Assembly: GCF_006345805.1 (NCBI RefSeq)
Contig: NC_043021.1
Location: 248,001-312,000 of the forward strand
DNA length: 64,000 bases
Reading direction: 5' to 3'
Source of the DNA: Octopus sinensis
Taxonomy: Eukaryota
Shown here: one piece after another, positions 26,131-40,280 of the stretch
How positions within the stretch are numbered: position 1 is the stretch's first letter
Layout: every line of letters begins with the position of its first letter
Made by a program: the position numbers and the translations under genes
Notes under the pieces: model-generated
What the model saw: only the letters and a program-made list of their open reading frames with translations
The model's database searches: none
Told to the model about the DNA's origin: nothing

Positions 26131-26325
26131 CCGTATAAGTATGAAGGTTGAGAGCACTTAAGTGGCTTTATATACATCTAGAAATATATTTCGTGTACAC
26201 AAGCATTTGTGTAGCTTTTGTAACTTGACAGAGATTTTGGTTTTTAGCTTTTTACAATTTTTGTACGTTGTAATGTTGTATATTTGCTTTTCATCGTCGT
26301 TCGTCTATAAACAATTTCAACAGTC

Positions 26326-26372
<47 letters not shown>

Positions 26373-27077
26373 CCTCCTCCACCACTACGACCACCACAAA
26401 TACCACATCACAAGACATCAAGAATGTTTCACATTTCTACATCCTCCCCTCTCTCTCTATCTCTCCTTCTCTCTCTCCTTCTCTCTCTCCTACCTTGCAT
26501 TATTTTCTCCTTATAATTCTCTCTAGCATCCTCTTAGTGTTTCCTTTTTCCCCTCTTCACCTCTCTTCTCCATCTTCCTTCCTACGCTTCTCTCCATCAT
26601 CACTCTCTCCCCCTCTCTCTCCCCCTCTCTCTCTCTTCATCTACTATGAGTACATTATTACGCCATTTCTCATACAAGACATTCCATCAGCTCGTTTCCT
26701 CCCCAAACCACAAAATGCGTAACACCTACCTTCTCTACCACCACCACCACCACCAATAGCAACAACAACAGCAACAACCACTGTCTTACAGTCAAATTGG
26801 TATCACAATAAGCGTCACTTCACACTCTGTACACAAATCGATTTAAAAGTCCACAAATATATGCAAATTGAACGTCAAATATAAACATGGAAAGGTTTCT
26901 TATACAAAAGGGTTAAACAGAATCCAGTCTTTGAGGATGGATTTTTTCATGGGGTTATTTTCCATTTTTTGGTTTCTCCCTTTTTGTTTTCGTTTTTCTT
27001 TTGTTTGTTTTTTAGTTTCCATCTCATTCTTCTCTTTTATCACGAAACTATTTTAAATTTCAAAAGTAAAACAAACA

Positions 27078-27109
27078 TCATCATCATCATCATCATCATC
27101 ATCATTATA

Positions 27110-27140
<31 letters not shown>

Positions 27141-27158
27141 TTATTTTTATTATTATTA

Positions 27159-27225
<67 letters not shown>
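27078..27225. repeat. (CAT)n-(TAT)n compound repeat
   Basis: Direct reading. Confidence 0.95.
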
Positions 27226-27226
<1 letters not shown>

Positions 27227-27424
27227 GCATCGGATCCAACGTCTTGTGATATTTAGTTAGGACGCTATCCGTTTTCTGAGTTCAGATGCCGCAGAGGTCA
27301 GTGTTGTCTTTCATCCCCCCGGGGTCGATAAAGTAGAGCCCCCAACTGCCAAGTATTGGTGTCGATGGAATCGATCTAACCTCTGACCTCGATTCCAGAC
27401 CTTGTGTTTATATAAGAAACAAAT

Positions 27425-27630
27425 TAGGCGGTCGACTGGCAAAATCGTTGGAGCGTCTGACAAGTTGCTTTGCGCTATTTAGTTACGGTACTTGACGTTC
27501 TCAGTTCAAATGAGGTCGGTTTTACTTTTTATCTTTTAGGGGTCGATAAAATAAATACCGGTTGAGCTCGCGGTAGGGGTGGGGGTTGATGTAATCGACT
27601 TAGCCTCACTCCTAAATGCGCTGGCCTTGT
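27425..27630 (+). mobile_element. SINE family A (diverged)
   Basis: GGCGGTCGACTGGCAAAATCGTTGG...GGGGTCGATAAAATAAATACC; another diverged copy lies immediately upstream (about 27255-27420). Confidence 0.7.
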
Positions 27631-29027
27631 TGCTATTGTTCTGTTGATGTTATTTGTTGTTGTTGTTGTTGTTGTGTTGTATTAACGATATCCAACACAT
27701 ATCGCGGATACAATTATCAAAAATGCGATATATTTAATCTTTCACTCAAATTCCATTATTGTAACTAAACAGATAAAAATCCACCAAAACACACCACTAC
27801 CAAAAATAATAATAATAATAATAATAAAAATAATAAATAGTAATAATTATAGCAATGTATAATAGATGATGATAACGATAAGTGAAGATGATGATGATGA
27901 TCTTGCCTTCATTCTTATCTGCCTCCCTATAAATTTAATCTAAAACTATTCATCTGTAATTGGAATTTTAGATCAGCGTAGCGAACATTATTATTGTTTG
28001 ACAATCTATATTTAGTACAGTAGTTTCGCCGCTCCCACCTCGCCCCACCTATCAAACAGATTCAACAGATATTCGATAAGAGATTGTTAATAAGATATCA
28101 CTTAACACAATCCTCAATAATGGGGTCCTCAGTTCGTGTCACTGGGACGGCACTTGTAACGCTGTAATCGTTGTTGCTGCTAAGTCTGAAGTCAGACACG
28201 TGATCAAAGGCGCTCCATCCTTGTCAATCCCATGTCAATGCATGCGTGTACTTATAATCTATAATGGAATTTAAGATGATAGGGAGTGATTTGAAGGAGA
28301 TATGGCAGTTATTTCTAGCAATACATCAGACAACAAAGACTTTGTTGGTTTGTAATGTAAACCTGTGACGTGTAAATGCTCTCTAAAACTACTTTGGTTG
28401 GGGGCGCGGCAGTAAAGAAGCGGGTTTTTTTTTTTCGATACGATTTCTTAGTGGTTGGAAGTGAGACTGATGCGGTCCTGTATATAACGCTAGCCTACTA
28501 CAAGTGACATTCCTCTAAATAGTCTGGAATCTATTCCAGAACTCGGCCATCACTCGGCATCTAGTATAACCTTGTAGATACGAGTAGTACATACACTCTC
28601 TTCACTCGGGTACCTTGACCTAGTCGGACCCTCAACAACTTGTCACCCACAGAGAAAGAAAACTGTACACGCATTTCTTTGACTGGTTCCTTATTTCATT
28701 GACTCAAGAGGGGAAAAGAGGCAAAACTGACCTTGGCAATATTTGAATTTAAACGGTCAAGAGCTGTGACATTTTATTTGACACGTTAACAATTTCGCCG
28801 CCCTGAACAGATAATTTATTTTGTTGATCACAAAAACGCGTAAGACAAAGTTGACCTTGTCGTGTGTGAGTGTAGGACAAAATACTTGCTGTATTTTGTC
28901 TCACATTCGCACATAATAATAATACCAATTTTCCACCAAGAGGGGAACAGATAAATCACTGTAAAACTTCTCTCGGGTGTTTTGGTAGTTATTTCACCCG
29001 ATATTTTGGTGAATGCATACAACCCAG

Positions 29028-29295
29028 GCCAGAGGGATCGCGGGTTTGAATCTCAGACCGGGCGATGTGTGTGTTTATGAGAAAAACACCTAAGCTCCAT
29101 GCGGCTCCGACAGAAAGTAATGGCGAACTTCTGCTGACTCTTGCGCCACAACTTTCTCTCACTCTTTCCTCCTGCATCTTGCAGCTCACCTGCGACGGAC
29201 TGGCGTCCCGTCCAGGTGGGGAAACTATACGCCAAGGAAACCGTGAAAACGGCCCTTATGAGCCAGGCATGGCTCGAGAAGGAACAAACAACAAC
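29028..29295 (+). mobile_element. tRNA-headed SINE, family D
   Basis: B-box-like GGGTTTGAATCTC; 3' part CTGCGACGGACTGGCGTCCCGTCCAGG; (CAA)n tail. Confidence 0.65.
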
Positions 29296-29711
29296 AGAGT
29301 AGTCTAGCTAGAAATGCATTAGCATATGAGTCAAATTTCGCACCAGTATCTCTAGTTGATTCCGAAATAATCTGATACAAATAACTGTCAGCACTTAGGA
29401 GAATTCGGTCAGTGCTAAAGAGCTCTATTAACAGTTCTGATCTCCAGTTCAATGGGAATGGCAGCGTTAATCTCTCTAGCTCAGTGTAGTAACTGTGATT
29501 AATCTATAGCTCAGTGGTAATAACTCTGATAATCATCTATGATAAATATGATAAACTATATCTGAATGCAACAAGTACGCAGAACATCTGCCTTGTGACT
29601 TGGTACAATCAGGAATCTACGTCAAAAGAATTTTGTTGAATTCACATTAATCTTCATTTCATCTCGAATGACTCGGCCACTAGCTTTACTTTTACTGAGA
29701 TGGAGATAGAC

Positions 29712-29790
<79 letters not shown>

Positions 29791-29791
29791 G

Positions 29792-29822
<31 letters not shown>

Positions 29823-30442
29823 GGGAGTAAGCACAAAAGACGAATAAGTAGAAGAAAAATATCTATATAGATAGCTATATTTACATATCCAAAAGCACAC
29901 AGGTAGATAGGTGTGTTTGGGTGTTTGAGTGTGTGTGCATGAATGAGGGAAAGTGTGTGCGAACAGAGACAGACAGACAGATAGACAGACAGAAAGCCGG
30001 CGAACAGAGAGATAGAGAGAAATGGCTAGAAAGAGAGATACACAGTCTAATTGCAGAAAGGCAAATCATGGATTCATTTAACAGACGTTGCATTTGAATG
30101 AGTGCAAATTGGAAAATGCATTAAGTGCAAACTGTTGACGGCAATGTAAAATAGCTTGGTGATATTTCCTGATGCAGGATCTTAAAGACAACTGCTACAG
30201 TCTTCAGCCAACTGCTAACGTGGCCACACTTAAGCTACTTCCCCACCATCACCACCAACAACAACGACAACAACAACAGCAACAACATCTTTCTCCTACT
30301 CTCACCCTTTCATCTTTCTCTCTCTTTTCATCCATATATGTGTGGTGTGTGTGTGTGTGTGTATACATATATTAACATACATACATATATATAAAAATAT
30401 GCACATATATATGTATATATATATATAGATATATGGGCATAT

Positions 30443-30502
<60 letters not shown>

Positions 30503-30567
30503 GTGCACGTATATATATATATAATATATATATATAGATATATGGGCATATATACATGTATATATAT

Positions 30568-30611
<44 letters not shown>

Positions 30612-30805
30612 TATATATATACGTGCACATGTACACGCATACAGGTTAATAGATTAACGCTCATGAAAGGAAGAAAAAGTGCTGAACATCGAGTCTAAAG
30701 ATTGAATGCTTTAATTCAATCAGCCGAAACGAATAAAGGCTGAAACTATGGGTTTCAGCAGATGTACGTCGTCTGAATCAATCCACCATCGGATTGTGGT
30801 ATATG

Positions 30806-30843
<38 letters not shown>

Positions 30844-31045
30844 CGTGTGTGTATGTGTGTGTGTGTGTGCGTGTGTGCGTGTGTGTGTGTGTGCGTGTGT
30901 GTGCGCATGTATAGGTGTGTGTATATGTATGTATATGTATATATGCATATATTTATGTATGTGCTTTTTGTGTTTTCCCCAACCCCATCACCGCTTGACT
31001 TACCCGTGCTGTTGTGTTTACGTCTCCGCAACATACATACATGCA

Positions 31046-31078
<33 letters not shown>

Positions 31079-31092
31079 GTACACATGTATGG

Positions 31093-31162
<70 letters not shown>

Positions 31163-31549
31163 CTGATTGATTGATTGAGAGATTAATAGATAGAAACACA
31201 TACATACAGACCAACTCACATAGATATACATACATATACGCATACATTTATCTAACCACCTTGACTTCTGCTCTAGACACACCGCAGCCTGTATACATGT
31301 AATCACGTATATTTAAGGAGGTGCTACACTACTTAAGCGCCTCTTTCTACACGCAAGGAAGGTCGCCTCTACTGTACACAATCAAGTACATTACACACAT
31401 GCACACACTGACTCACATGCATGGATTTAAATACCCGCACGTATGTGTGTATATGTATACATACATACATACATGCATGCATACATACATACACACATAC
31501 ATGCATGCATGCATACATACATACATACATACATATACATACGTGTGTA

Positions 31550-31592
<43 letters not shown>

Positions 31593-32153
31593 GGGAGAGG
31601 AACATTCCATCGGAAAAACGCGTGTGATCGAGGGTAGCGATTTAAAATGGCGTAAAATTGATGTGAAGAGGTAGAAAGAGAAAAGAAAAAAGAACTTTAG
31701 AAAAAGGAAGAGCGATAAATGAGAAAAAGAGGGAGAAACAGAGTGAGTGAGAGTGGGAATAATTTTTTAAAACTTCATTTGAAGGTTAGCACTCAAGTTA
31801 ATTACTGACATAAGCTCCATTTGTTTGATTATAAATCAACAATTGTACTGCTATGTTTGTCGCTAATGGCAAACTCTAATAGAAACCTATTTTGGCCGTC
31901 ATTTTCCGTCACTTTCCGTCACTTTCCGATAACAAACAGATTCACTTCAATACGGAGATGCCAGCTCTTTTATAGAATCTTGCTGTTGTTGTTCTTTTCT
32001 TCTTTTTGGAGGTGAGAGGGTGGATGTCGTGTTTCTTTCATGTAGCAAAGATATACGGCATTAGCTTAATAGGAAATATTATGCGTCTGTGTTGTGCAGT
32101 GTGTATCTATTTATGGATATATATATATTATATATATATATATTATATATATA

Positions 32154-32189
<36 letters not shown>

Positions 32190-32396
32190 AAAGATATATG
32201 TGTGCGCGCGCGTATGTGCGTGTGTGTGTATGTGTGTGTGTACATACTTATAAATGTAAATACATAAACATGTGCGTGTGTAAATATATCTCTATAGGAT
32301 TATATACTTATATGTGGATTTATATATATATATATGTATTTATATTCAAATGTGCCTGTTTTTGCCCGTATATATAAATGCACATGTATGTAAATG

Positions 32397-32430
<34 letters not shown>

Positions 32431-32516
32431 AAGAGATAGATGAGTGTGTGTGTGTGTTTGTGTATGCATATTTGTATAAATGTATGATACATACATACAT
32501 ATACATATATATATAC

Positions 32517-32615
<99 letters not shown>

Positions 32616-33865
32616 TAAAATATATGTGCATATGCATAACTATATGAGCACATATGTATATGTATATATTTTTGATATACATAAAAACGCACGCAGATAC
32701 AGACACACACACACACACACACACACAATCAACACCCACCCCACCCCGCACACACCCTGCAGCTTACATATAAAACATTTCTCTTTGTAACCCTGGCATA
32801 TAACATGGATGCATCTTCTAAATTAAAATGTTGTACAGATTAAGAGAACGTGCCAAATCCACAAATCTCTACCAGATAAGCGGGTGTGTTTTATATCACT
32901 AATCCACGACAGATCCACCTTAAATCTTTTGAAATAATTCTACAATCGTTTTGGTGAATACAGTTATAACAAAAAAATTGGATATGACAATGGTTTCAGA
33001 GCATAATTCTGACGGCGACAAGAAAAGCCATTGGGAATAAAATAGCGACTGCTTCTTGATATCTCAGAATTATAAAGTCTTGTGTTTCTTTAATCAATAC
33101 GTGACACTGTTTAGGGAGAGACTCTCTATGTAAACCTATAAGACGAAAAGGTTATAGGGTAATACGCGAGAGTTTCAAGTCGATGTTTTGAATATGGAGG
33201 CAGTTAACCCAACTGAGCTTGTATGTCGCCAAGTACATAAGAGGAAGGACTTTATGGAAATCAATGGAACACTCGTCAGCGATACTTTGCTGCCGAGACA
33301 GACACACTTTTACACAATTTTTACTGCATTTAGATCATTGGAATGCGGTCATGTCGGAGCAACGCTTATAATGCATTCTATCTTTTACTCGAACATATCG
33401 AATGACATAGATTATTCTTAAACCCGCCACCACTTCTATTCATCTATTCCATCGGCTTCCCTCCCACTCTCTTTATATTTCTAAAAACTTCTGCGAAATA
33501 TTCATTTACCATTTTGCTGTTGAGAATGGACAACCAGCTTACATTTTACAATTTCATCCGGACTTGTCGCAGGAAACACACCTATGACATCACGAACATG
33601 TTACACATCAATATGTTTATTACGTAAATTACGACAGTCTTGAAACAGCTGTCGAGGTAAGACTTTGCATAATTTTTCTGTTCTGTTGTGTTTTCTTTTT
33701 TTCGTTATTCTGTGACCTGTATTTTGTGTTCCATATAAATATACCTCCTACCTATGTTTTTCTGTCTTTCTACCACCCACCCTCTCTCTCTCTCTCTCTC
33801 TCACTCTCTCTCTCTCTCTCACTCTCTCTCTCTCTTTATATATATATGTATGTATATATATGTAC

Positions 33866-33898
<33 letters not shown>

Positions 33899-33926
33899 AT
33901 ATATTATATATATATTATTATTATTA

Positions 33927-33996
<70 letters not shown>

Positions 33997-34175
33997 GGGC
34001 GGCGAGTAAGTAGAATTGTTAGCATGCCGGGTATAATGCTTTGCGGCATTTTGTCCGTCTTTACGTTCTGAGTTCGAATTCCGCCGAGGTTGATTTTAAC
34101 TTTCGTCCTTTCGGTGTTGATAAACTAAGGACTAGTCAAGTGCTAGGATCGATGTAATCGACTAAACCCCTTCCC
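33997..34175 (+). mobile_element. SINE family A, lacking its 3' tail
   Basis: GGCGGCGAGTAAGTAGAATTGTTAGC...GAGTTCGAATTCCGCCGAGG; follows a (TAT)n tract. Confidence 0.75.
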
Positions 34176-34199
34176 CGTCTTCGTGTTGATGTTATTGTT

Positions 34200-35770
34200 T
34201 AAAATGAGCATAAGACAATAGACTTTGTCCCCAGAGAAAAGAACTAAATGATACTTGGGCCTTGGGCCCAAATATTAGTATTTGCGAAATGTTTACATGT
34301 TCGCAAGCAAAAAATGCCGTGCATGGGCGTAACTTTCTAACGCAAAATAAACCAGCTTATGACAACAAGAAGAGTCACGGAAATGTAATTTTCGCTGACA
34401 CAAACAACAATTTCGAGGACAAAACTGATAACGAATCCAAGAGTACCATAGACTCTATGGAGAGCGATAAAATTAACCGCAAAGAGCAAAGAAGTATTCC
34501 GACAGAGAAAAGCGACACAGTGGAGAACACACTAACACTCGATTGGTGGATAGACAACAAAAATGTAACTGCCAACTCCTGAAACAGAAATATTGTGGGA
34601 AATACCATGATAACTGATATCAACACAGAAGATAACAACTTCAACGACGCGGAACAGAGAAGCTCAACAGGAAACAATAACAGAACGAATAACGACAACA
34701 AAGACATCGATGAGAACGCAACCAATGCCAACGTCAACACCAACAAGAGGGAGGCGGGCGTATTTGGAAGTAACAATAATAGTAACAACGGGAATGATTC
34801 CACCACCACCACCACCACCACTATCAACAGTTAGAGCGGAACAAGAACTTTTGCAGTAGCAACTGTGAAATGCCAACAGAAGTACTGTGAGATAGACATC
34901 GCCAACAAAAAAGAGATGCTAGTCTTGGCCCACAAACTTATAAAATGAGGAAAAAAACCCGAGCAAACCTTGTAATTCCAACCGAAGGGGAGATGGAAAC
35001 TGAGAAGAGGACAGTAAAGTACAGTTGCGTCTCGGTACAGTCTGGGAGAGTAGAACAACCCCCACCCCACCTTCAAGTGGAGATGGCACTGAGATCAATC
35101 AGAGAGAATGTCGAATTCATTCAAAGGGCCCGAAGTCTTGGTACGATCTCGGTCTTTTTAAAACAGAAGAGCTGGCCATGAAGCATTCGATGAAACCTCT
35201 TAAAACTAACCAGCTTATGAAGTACCCGTCCTACATGGGTAGAAGAACAATAAAAGTTCGAGTCCCCGGAATACCACCAGGTATCAACATATGATGGATC
35301 GTGGGATGCGTGATCGCAGAAGACAGCGACACTCTCCTCCTAAAAGTCCAACTAGTCCAACGGACGCTAAGAGAAGACTAGGTTGGGATGGATTTGGAAA
35401 TGCTAATCCAAATAAAACCACGAGACTTGGAGAACATACCCGACTAAGTCCACCTCGGACGAAATTATCCTTGATCACCGAGAGCAGAAGGCCACACTGC
35501 TTCGCTTGTGGTGAATCTACACACTTACAAGCACTCTGTCCTCAACGAAAAAGTTCAGGGGTCCGTAGACCTCTGCTGACACCAATACAAAGGCTGGGGA
35601 AAAAAACCAGCCCTAGCTGTCGGAACATCACCACCGACAACAAGGAATGCAGCAAAAATAGCAACGGTGGTGGCGGTGATGGCGGTGATGGCGGTGATGG
35701 CCGTAACAACAGCACCAGCAGGAAAACCGTCGGAGAGGTCGGAATGGTGGTGGGTGGCAGTGTTGTTCAG
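34200..35770 (+). pseudogene. Decayed non-LTR retrotransposon ORF1 (gag-like, single CCHC knuckle); no ORF2 present
   Basis: Stitched frames: LRSIRENVEFIQRARSLGTISVF / TEELAMK...YPSYMGRRTIKVRVPGIPPGINI*WIVG...MDLEMLIQIKPRDLENIPD* / KLSLITESRRPHCFACGESTHLQALCP (C-x2-C-x4-H-x4-C), preceded by an Asn/Thr/Asp-rich low-complexity region. Clade (L1/Tx1-like) is tentative. Confidence 0.7.
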
Positions 35771-35950
35771 AAAACGATCGGTTTTGGTGTTTTTACTTCC
35801 CTGTAACTTTGCGGTTCGACAAAAGAAACCTATAGAATAAGTACTAGGCTTAACAAAAATACGTTCTGGAGTCGATTTGTTCAACTAAAACTGTGCAAGG
35901 CGGTGCTCCAGCATGGCCGCAGTCAAATTATTGAAGCAAGTAAAAAATAA
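35770..35950 (+). mobile_element. SINE family B, 3' half
   Basis: GTAACTTTGCGGTTCGACAAAAG...ATAGAATAAGTACTAGGCTT...AAGGCGGTGCTCCAGCATGGCCGCAGTC...AAGTAAAAAATAAA. Confidence 0.75.
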
Positions 35951-35984
35951 ACGCTATAGCCATGCTCATGCACACACACACACA

Positions 35985-36215
35985 CAAACACACACGTTAT
36001 ATATATACGCACACATTATATATACACACACACAAACACACACGTTATATATATACGCACACATTATATATACACACACACGTTATATATATACGCACAC
36101 ATTATATATACACACACAAACACACACACACGTTATATATATACGCACACATTATATATACACACACACACACACGTTATATATATACGCACACATTATA
36201 TATACACACACACTC
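35985..36215. repeat. Minisatellite of ~40-bp units built from microsatellite pieces (5 copies)
   Basis: Unit CACACGTTATATATATACGCACACATTATATATA(CA)n recurs five times. Confidence 0.85.
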
Positions 36216-36694
36216 ACACATATTATATGTCATGTGTGTGTGTGTGCGAGTGATTCATTGTTGTCTCCATCGTGTTGACGTGGTCTGTGGCATAGTTTCG
36301 AAAGTGCTTTACCTTTCACTAATAACAACAATTCTCTCACAATTAAAACAAGAACACTTCCAACGACAACCACAGCAACAATAACTTACAAAAGCCAATT
36401 ACTGAGCTGGCATTTCCCATCATCTGTGATGTATTTCTGTCTGTCATACAAATTGATTTGCCTCAAATTACGAAGATTATATGATGTGAGGGCATAGTCA
36501 CAGTCGTCGACGCCTGAGCACACTAATAACAACAACAACAACAATAACAATAATAGCAATGATAATAATGATTTAATTTCTCTTTTCCTTTTTCTTCATT
36601 TTCTTTTTTTTTTTTTTGTCAAATGAATTTCATTCATTTAGACAAAGTAAGAATTACACAGAAATTCAAAATCGCGTGGGCATGAGAAATGTTA

Positions 36695-36818
36695 TGAGAA
36701 ATGGTTCCAGGTTCAGTCCCACTGCATGGCACTTTGGGCAAGTGTCTTCTACTATAGCCATAGGCCGACCAAAGCCTTCTAAGTGGATTTGGTAGTCGAA
36801 AACTTAAAGAAGCCCGTA

Positions 36819-36866
<48 letters not shown>

Positions 36867-36980
36867 GCGTTTGTGTATGAATGTGTGCGTATGTATACGT
36901 TTGTGTGCGTGTGTGTGTGATTGACCCCCAACATCGCTTGACAACCGATGCTGGTGTGTTTACATCCCCATAACTAAGCT
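36695..36980 (+). mobile_element. SINE family B, truncated at the transposon junction
   Basis: GGTTCCAGGTTCAGTCCCACTGC...(GT)n...CTTGACAACCGATGCTGGTGTGTTTACATCCCCATAACT. Confidence 0.8.
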
Positions 36981-38138
36981 TTGAAGAAAGGAAATTCATT
37001 CTAAAATACTACTAGAAGTGAGAAAACGTAGTTGAAGTGCAAAGACAGTTTAGGACAGAATTTCAATCAGATCCATTGACGCGACTCACCGTCATTCGAA
37101 TTAGAGATAAGTTTGAAGCCGATGGAACTATTCAGAATGTTCATGAGAAGCATTCCAGAAGATCAAGAACAACAACAATGCCTGCAAACCAAGAAAAAGT
37201 ACTGGAAAGGAATCACCAAAGTCCAAGAAAATCTGTGCAGCAAGAGAGTCGTGAGGCAGGTATTTCAAAATCTTCTGTCCAACGCATTTTGAAGCGTTGT
37301 CAATGGAAAAGTTACGTTCCAAGATTAGTCCCTGCTATTAATGACGATGATCCAGAGCGAAGAGTGCAGTTTTGTGTGCGGTGATTGGTACGATGTGTAG
37401 AAGAAGCACACTTACCAGCAAAGACTGTGTGCAGGGATGAGGCCACATTCAAATTAAATGGTTCAATTAACCGCCACAATTGCACCTACTGGGGACCTGA
37501 TAATCCGCATGTTATGGTGGAGCACCATGTTAATTTACCAGGAGTTACAGTGTGGTGTGGCTTATCATCAAGAGAATAAATTGAACCATTCTGTTTTGAC
37601 GCTACTGTGACTGAACCCGTTTATTTGAACTTGCTGCAACAGTCTCTCATGCCAAGCATTAGAGAAGACTTTGAAGATGAGGAGTTTTATTTTCAGCAAG
37701 ATGGTGCACCCACACACTACCATCGCTATGTTAGATCATTCCTTGATGAGATCCTGCCAAACAGGTGGATTGGATGAAGGGGTTTCGTTGAATACCTTCT
37801 GCGTTCACCAGACCTCACACCACTATACTTTTTATGGGGATACCTAAAAGACAAAGTCTACGCTATGAAACCTGCAACAGTCGCTGATTTGAGAGCAGCC
37901 ATTGAACGAGAATGTACACAAATACCAAATGAATTGTTTTGTGATGTTTGCGATCCCATTGCTTTGCATTGCCAGCAGAGACTGGACCAGAACGGACATC
38001 AATTTGAAAATAGGCGTTGACAAAACAATAAAATAATGTCTGTAGATTTTATTAAATCTTGAAAATGAAATGTATTTTAATAAACACCTAATTTACAAGT
38101 ATTTAAAGTGTGTATGCAATTTTTGGGGTCATCCTATA
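36974..38138 (+). mobile_element. Tc1/mariner DD41D (rosa-type) transposon; transposase pseudogene, left end lost
   Basis: One frame 36974-38020 (348 codons, 5 in-frame stops): LSFEERKFILKYY...SPRKS...[11 protein letters not shown]...DEATFKLNG...VTVWCGLSS...FQQDGAPTH...RWIG*RG...RSPDLTPLYFLWGYLKDKVY. There are 41 residues between the QQD Asp and the third acidic position (GAC>TAC). Right TIR ...TGCAATTTTTGGGGTCATCCTA followed by TA. Confidence 0.92.
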
Positions 38139-38140
38139 TG

Positions 38141-38172
<32 letters not shown>

Positions 38173-38267
38173 TGTATGTATGTATGTATGTATGTATGTG
38201 AGTATGTATGTATGTATGTGAGTATGTATGTATATTATAAAAATTTAAGACGGCAAGCTGGCAGAGT

Positions 38268-38455
38268 TATCATACCGGACAAAATTTTTAGCGATATTTA
38301 ATCCATCTTCACATTCTGAGATCAAATTCAGTCGAGGACGGCTTTTCCTTTCGAGATCCATAAAATAAAATAAGATCCATTTGAACGCTAGATCGATGCA
38401 ATCGACTATCTCCACACCAAAATTGCTCTCTTTGTTCCAAACTTTGAGATCAATA
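38268..38455 (+). mobile_element. SINE family A (diverged)
   Basis: GACGGCAAGCTGGCAGAGTT...AAATTCAGTCGAGG...GTTCCAAACTTTGAGA. Confidence 0.65.
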
Positions 38456-40072
38456 TATATTTTTAAACTTTTGATAATTACGCATATAATTATTAGCAGT
38501 AATTGAATCAGCGAAATTCATTTAATTTAATTTTTTTTAATAATATGACGCAAAGAAAATAGGGCAACCCAGACACACACAAGAGAGAGAATTCCAGCTG
38601 GATCAAAGCTGTGCTCTTCATCCCCTCTCTCTGGTATCCCTTTAGGGCGCGTACTCTACATAGCTGCTCACCCAAAGCTGCTCAGCCACCAACGAACACG
38701 CTCCATTGAACACCATATCGTTAGTCTGTGGTACAAGTCAAATCATACGATCAAGTTCATTACAGTCACCCACCTTCCCTCAACTCTTACTTTATCTGTT
38801 ACAAGTGACACTCGAAAGGATTGATGTTTGATTCGATCCAGGAAACAGCCCTTTCAGCCTCGTCAAAGCAGCACAATCAAACATTGCGTTTATATTTAAT
38901 TTATCCAATATTTAGAAAAAAAAACAAAGAAGAACTTTACAAGGAGGCATGGAGTCAGTTGTGACACAAAACAGTATATGACAAGTTAAGGAGAACGTTT
39001 CTAAGGAATCGCACGACCTGCTGGTAATAGCAGCTAAATCTCTCTCATCACCCACAACTGACTTATCAAAGGAAGCACATTGGGTAGTGTGCTCCTAAAT
39101 ACAATCTGTTTAAACTACACTACTATCTATTTCATTCACACAGACATTGGTCATAGCCTCTACTAACTTAATTTGTCTTTGAGCACTTTCAGTAGATTTA
39201 CTCTACATGGTTCATGTGTCTTTATTTGCCAAGCACACACACACATACATATCTATGTATGTAAGCATATGCACACACATATGTTAATTTGTATACAATC
39301 ATGTTTGTGTCAGTATGTGTATGTGTGTGTCTGTGAGTGTGTGTGTATGCACGTGTGTGCGTACGCGCACGTGTGTGCGTACGCGCACGTGTGTGTATGT
39401 GTATGTGCACGTGTGTGTGTTTCTGAGTGTGTCTCTGTGTGCACGTGTGTGTGTGTGAGCGTGTGGATGTGTGTATATATGCGTGTATAAGTTAGATGTG
39501 ACCTAAACAAAAACCTGTGCACGTTACTTCTTTGAAACAGATGTTCGCTGCCATACGGTAATTGTTCAAAGAAAACTGGTATTGTTCCAGGTCGTGTCTA
39601 AAAGGTAGCGGAGCCTTTCCCCTCGCATTCCCCTCCTTTGATATCAATAATGTAACAGACACACACACTCTAAAATACCATCGTTATTCCTATAGTTTGT
39701 TTCACACATTTCTGCAAGTGGAAACTCTACCTGTAGCAGGTGCTCAAATTCTCTGCTTAATCTCTATTTAAAAGGTCACAAACACGAATCTATCAAAACC
39801 AGCTGTCACCATTATTATATCGTCGCAAAAAAACTTCATGATCGTCGTCGTCGCTGTCATCATCATCATCATCATCATCGTCAGCAGCCTCTCTACTGAG
39901 AAGAGTGGATTGATGGAATTGTTAGTGTTGGAAAATGCATTGCAACACTTGGTACGGTTCTTTACGTTCTGAGTTCAAATGCCGCTGAGGACAACTTTGA
40001 CCTGAAGCCTTCCAGGTGCGTTCCAGGTGCGTGTATGTGTGCGTGTGTGTGCGATTAATTGTTTTAATACAC

Positions 40073-40280
40073 TACGAAGGGGTATTGAAAAGTTCCTGGT
40101 TTTGGGTAAAAGAAAATACAGGAGGATCAGTTAATTATGATTTTATTTAATATATTCCCCCCTCAGATTCCTACATTTATTGCAAAGATCCTTCAGTTTT
40201 TCTGAACCCTGTAAAAGAACTCCAGCCAGGGCTTTAGTGATATCTTTAAAGCCAGGAACTTTTCAGCACCCCCTAATGTA
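40073..40280 (+). mobile_element. Mariner-type MITE, copy 1
   Basis: TA-CGAAGGGGTATTGAAAAGTTCCTGG ... CCAGGAACTTTTCAGCACCCCCTAATG-TA terminal inverted repeats. Confidence 0.85.

Noticed and set aside
31900-31980. TTTCCGTCAC tandem repeat and a minus-strand TATAAAAG
   Set aside because: Only about 2.5 copies and no supporting initiator or ORF.
33486-33656. 57-codon coding-looking frame (NFCEIFIYHFAVENGQPAYILQFHPD...) ending at a strong GAG|GTAAGA donor
   Set aside because: In-frame TGA at 33585, no AG at the expected acceptor (TAA instead) and no recognisable homology; at most a dead exon.
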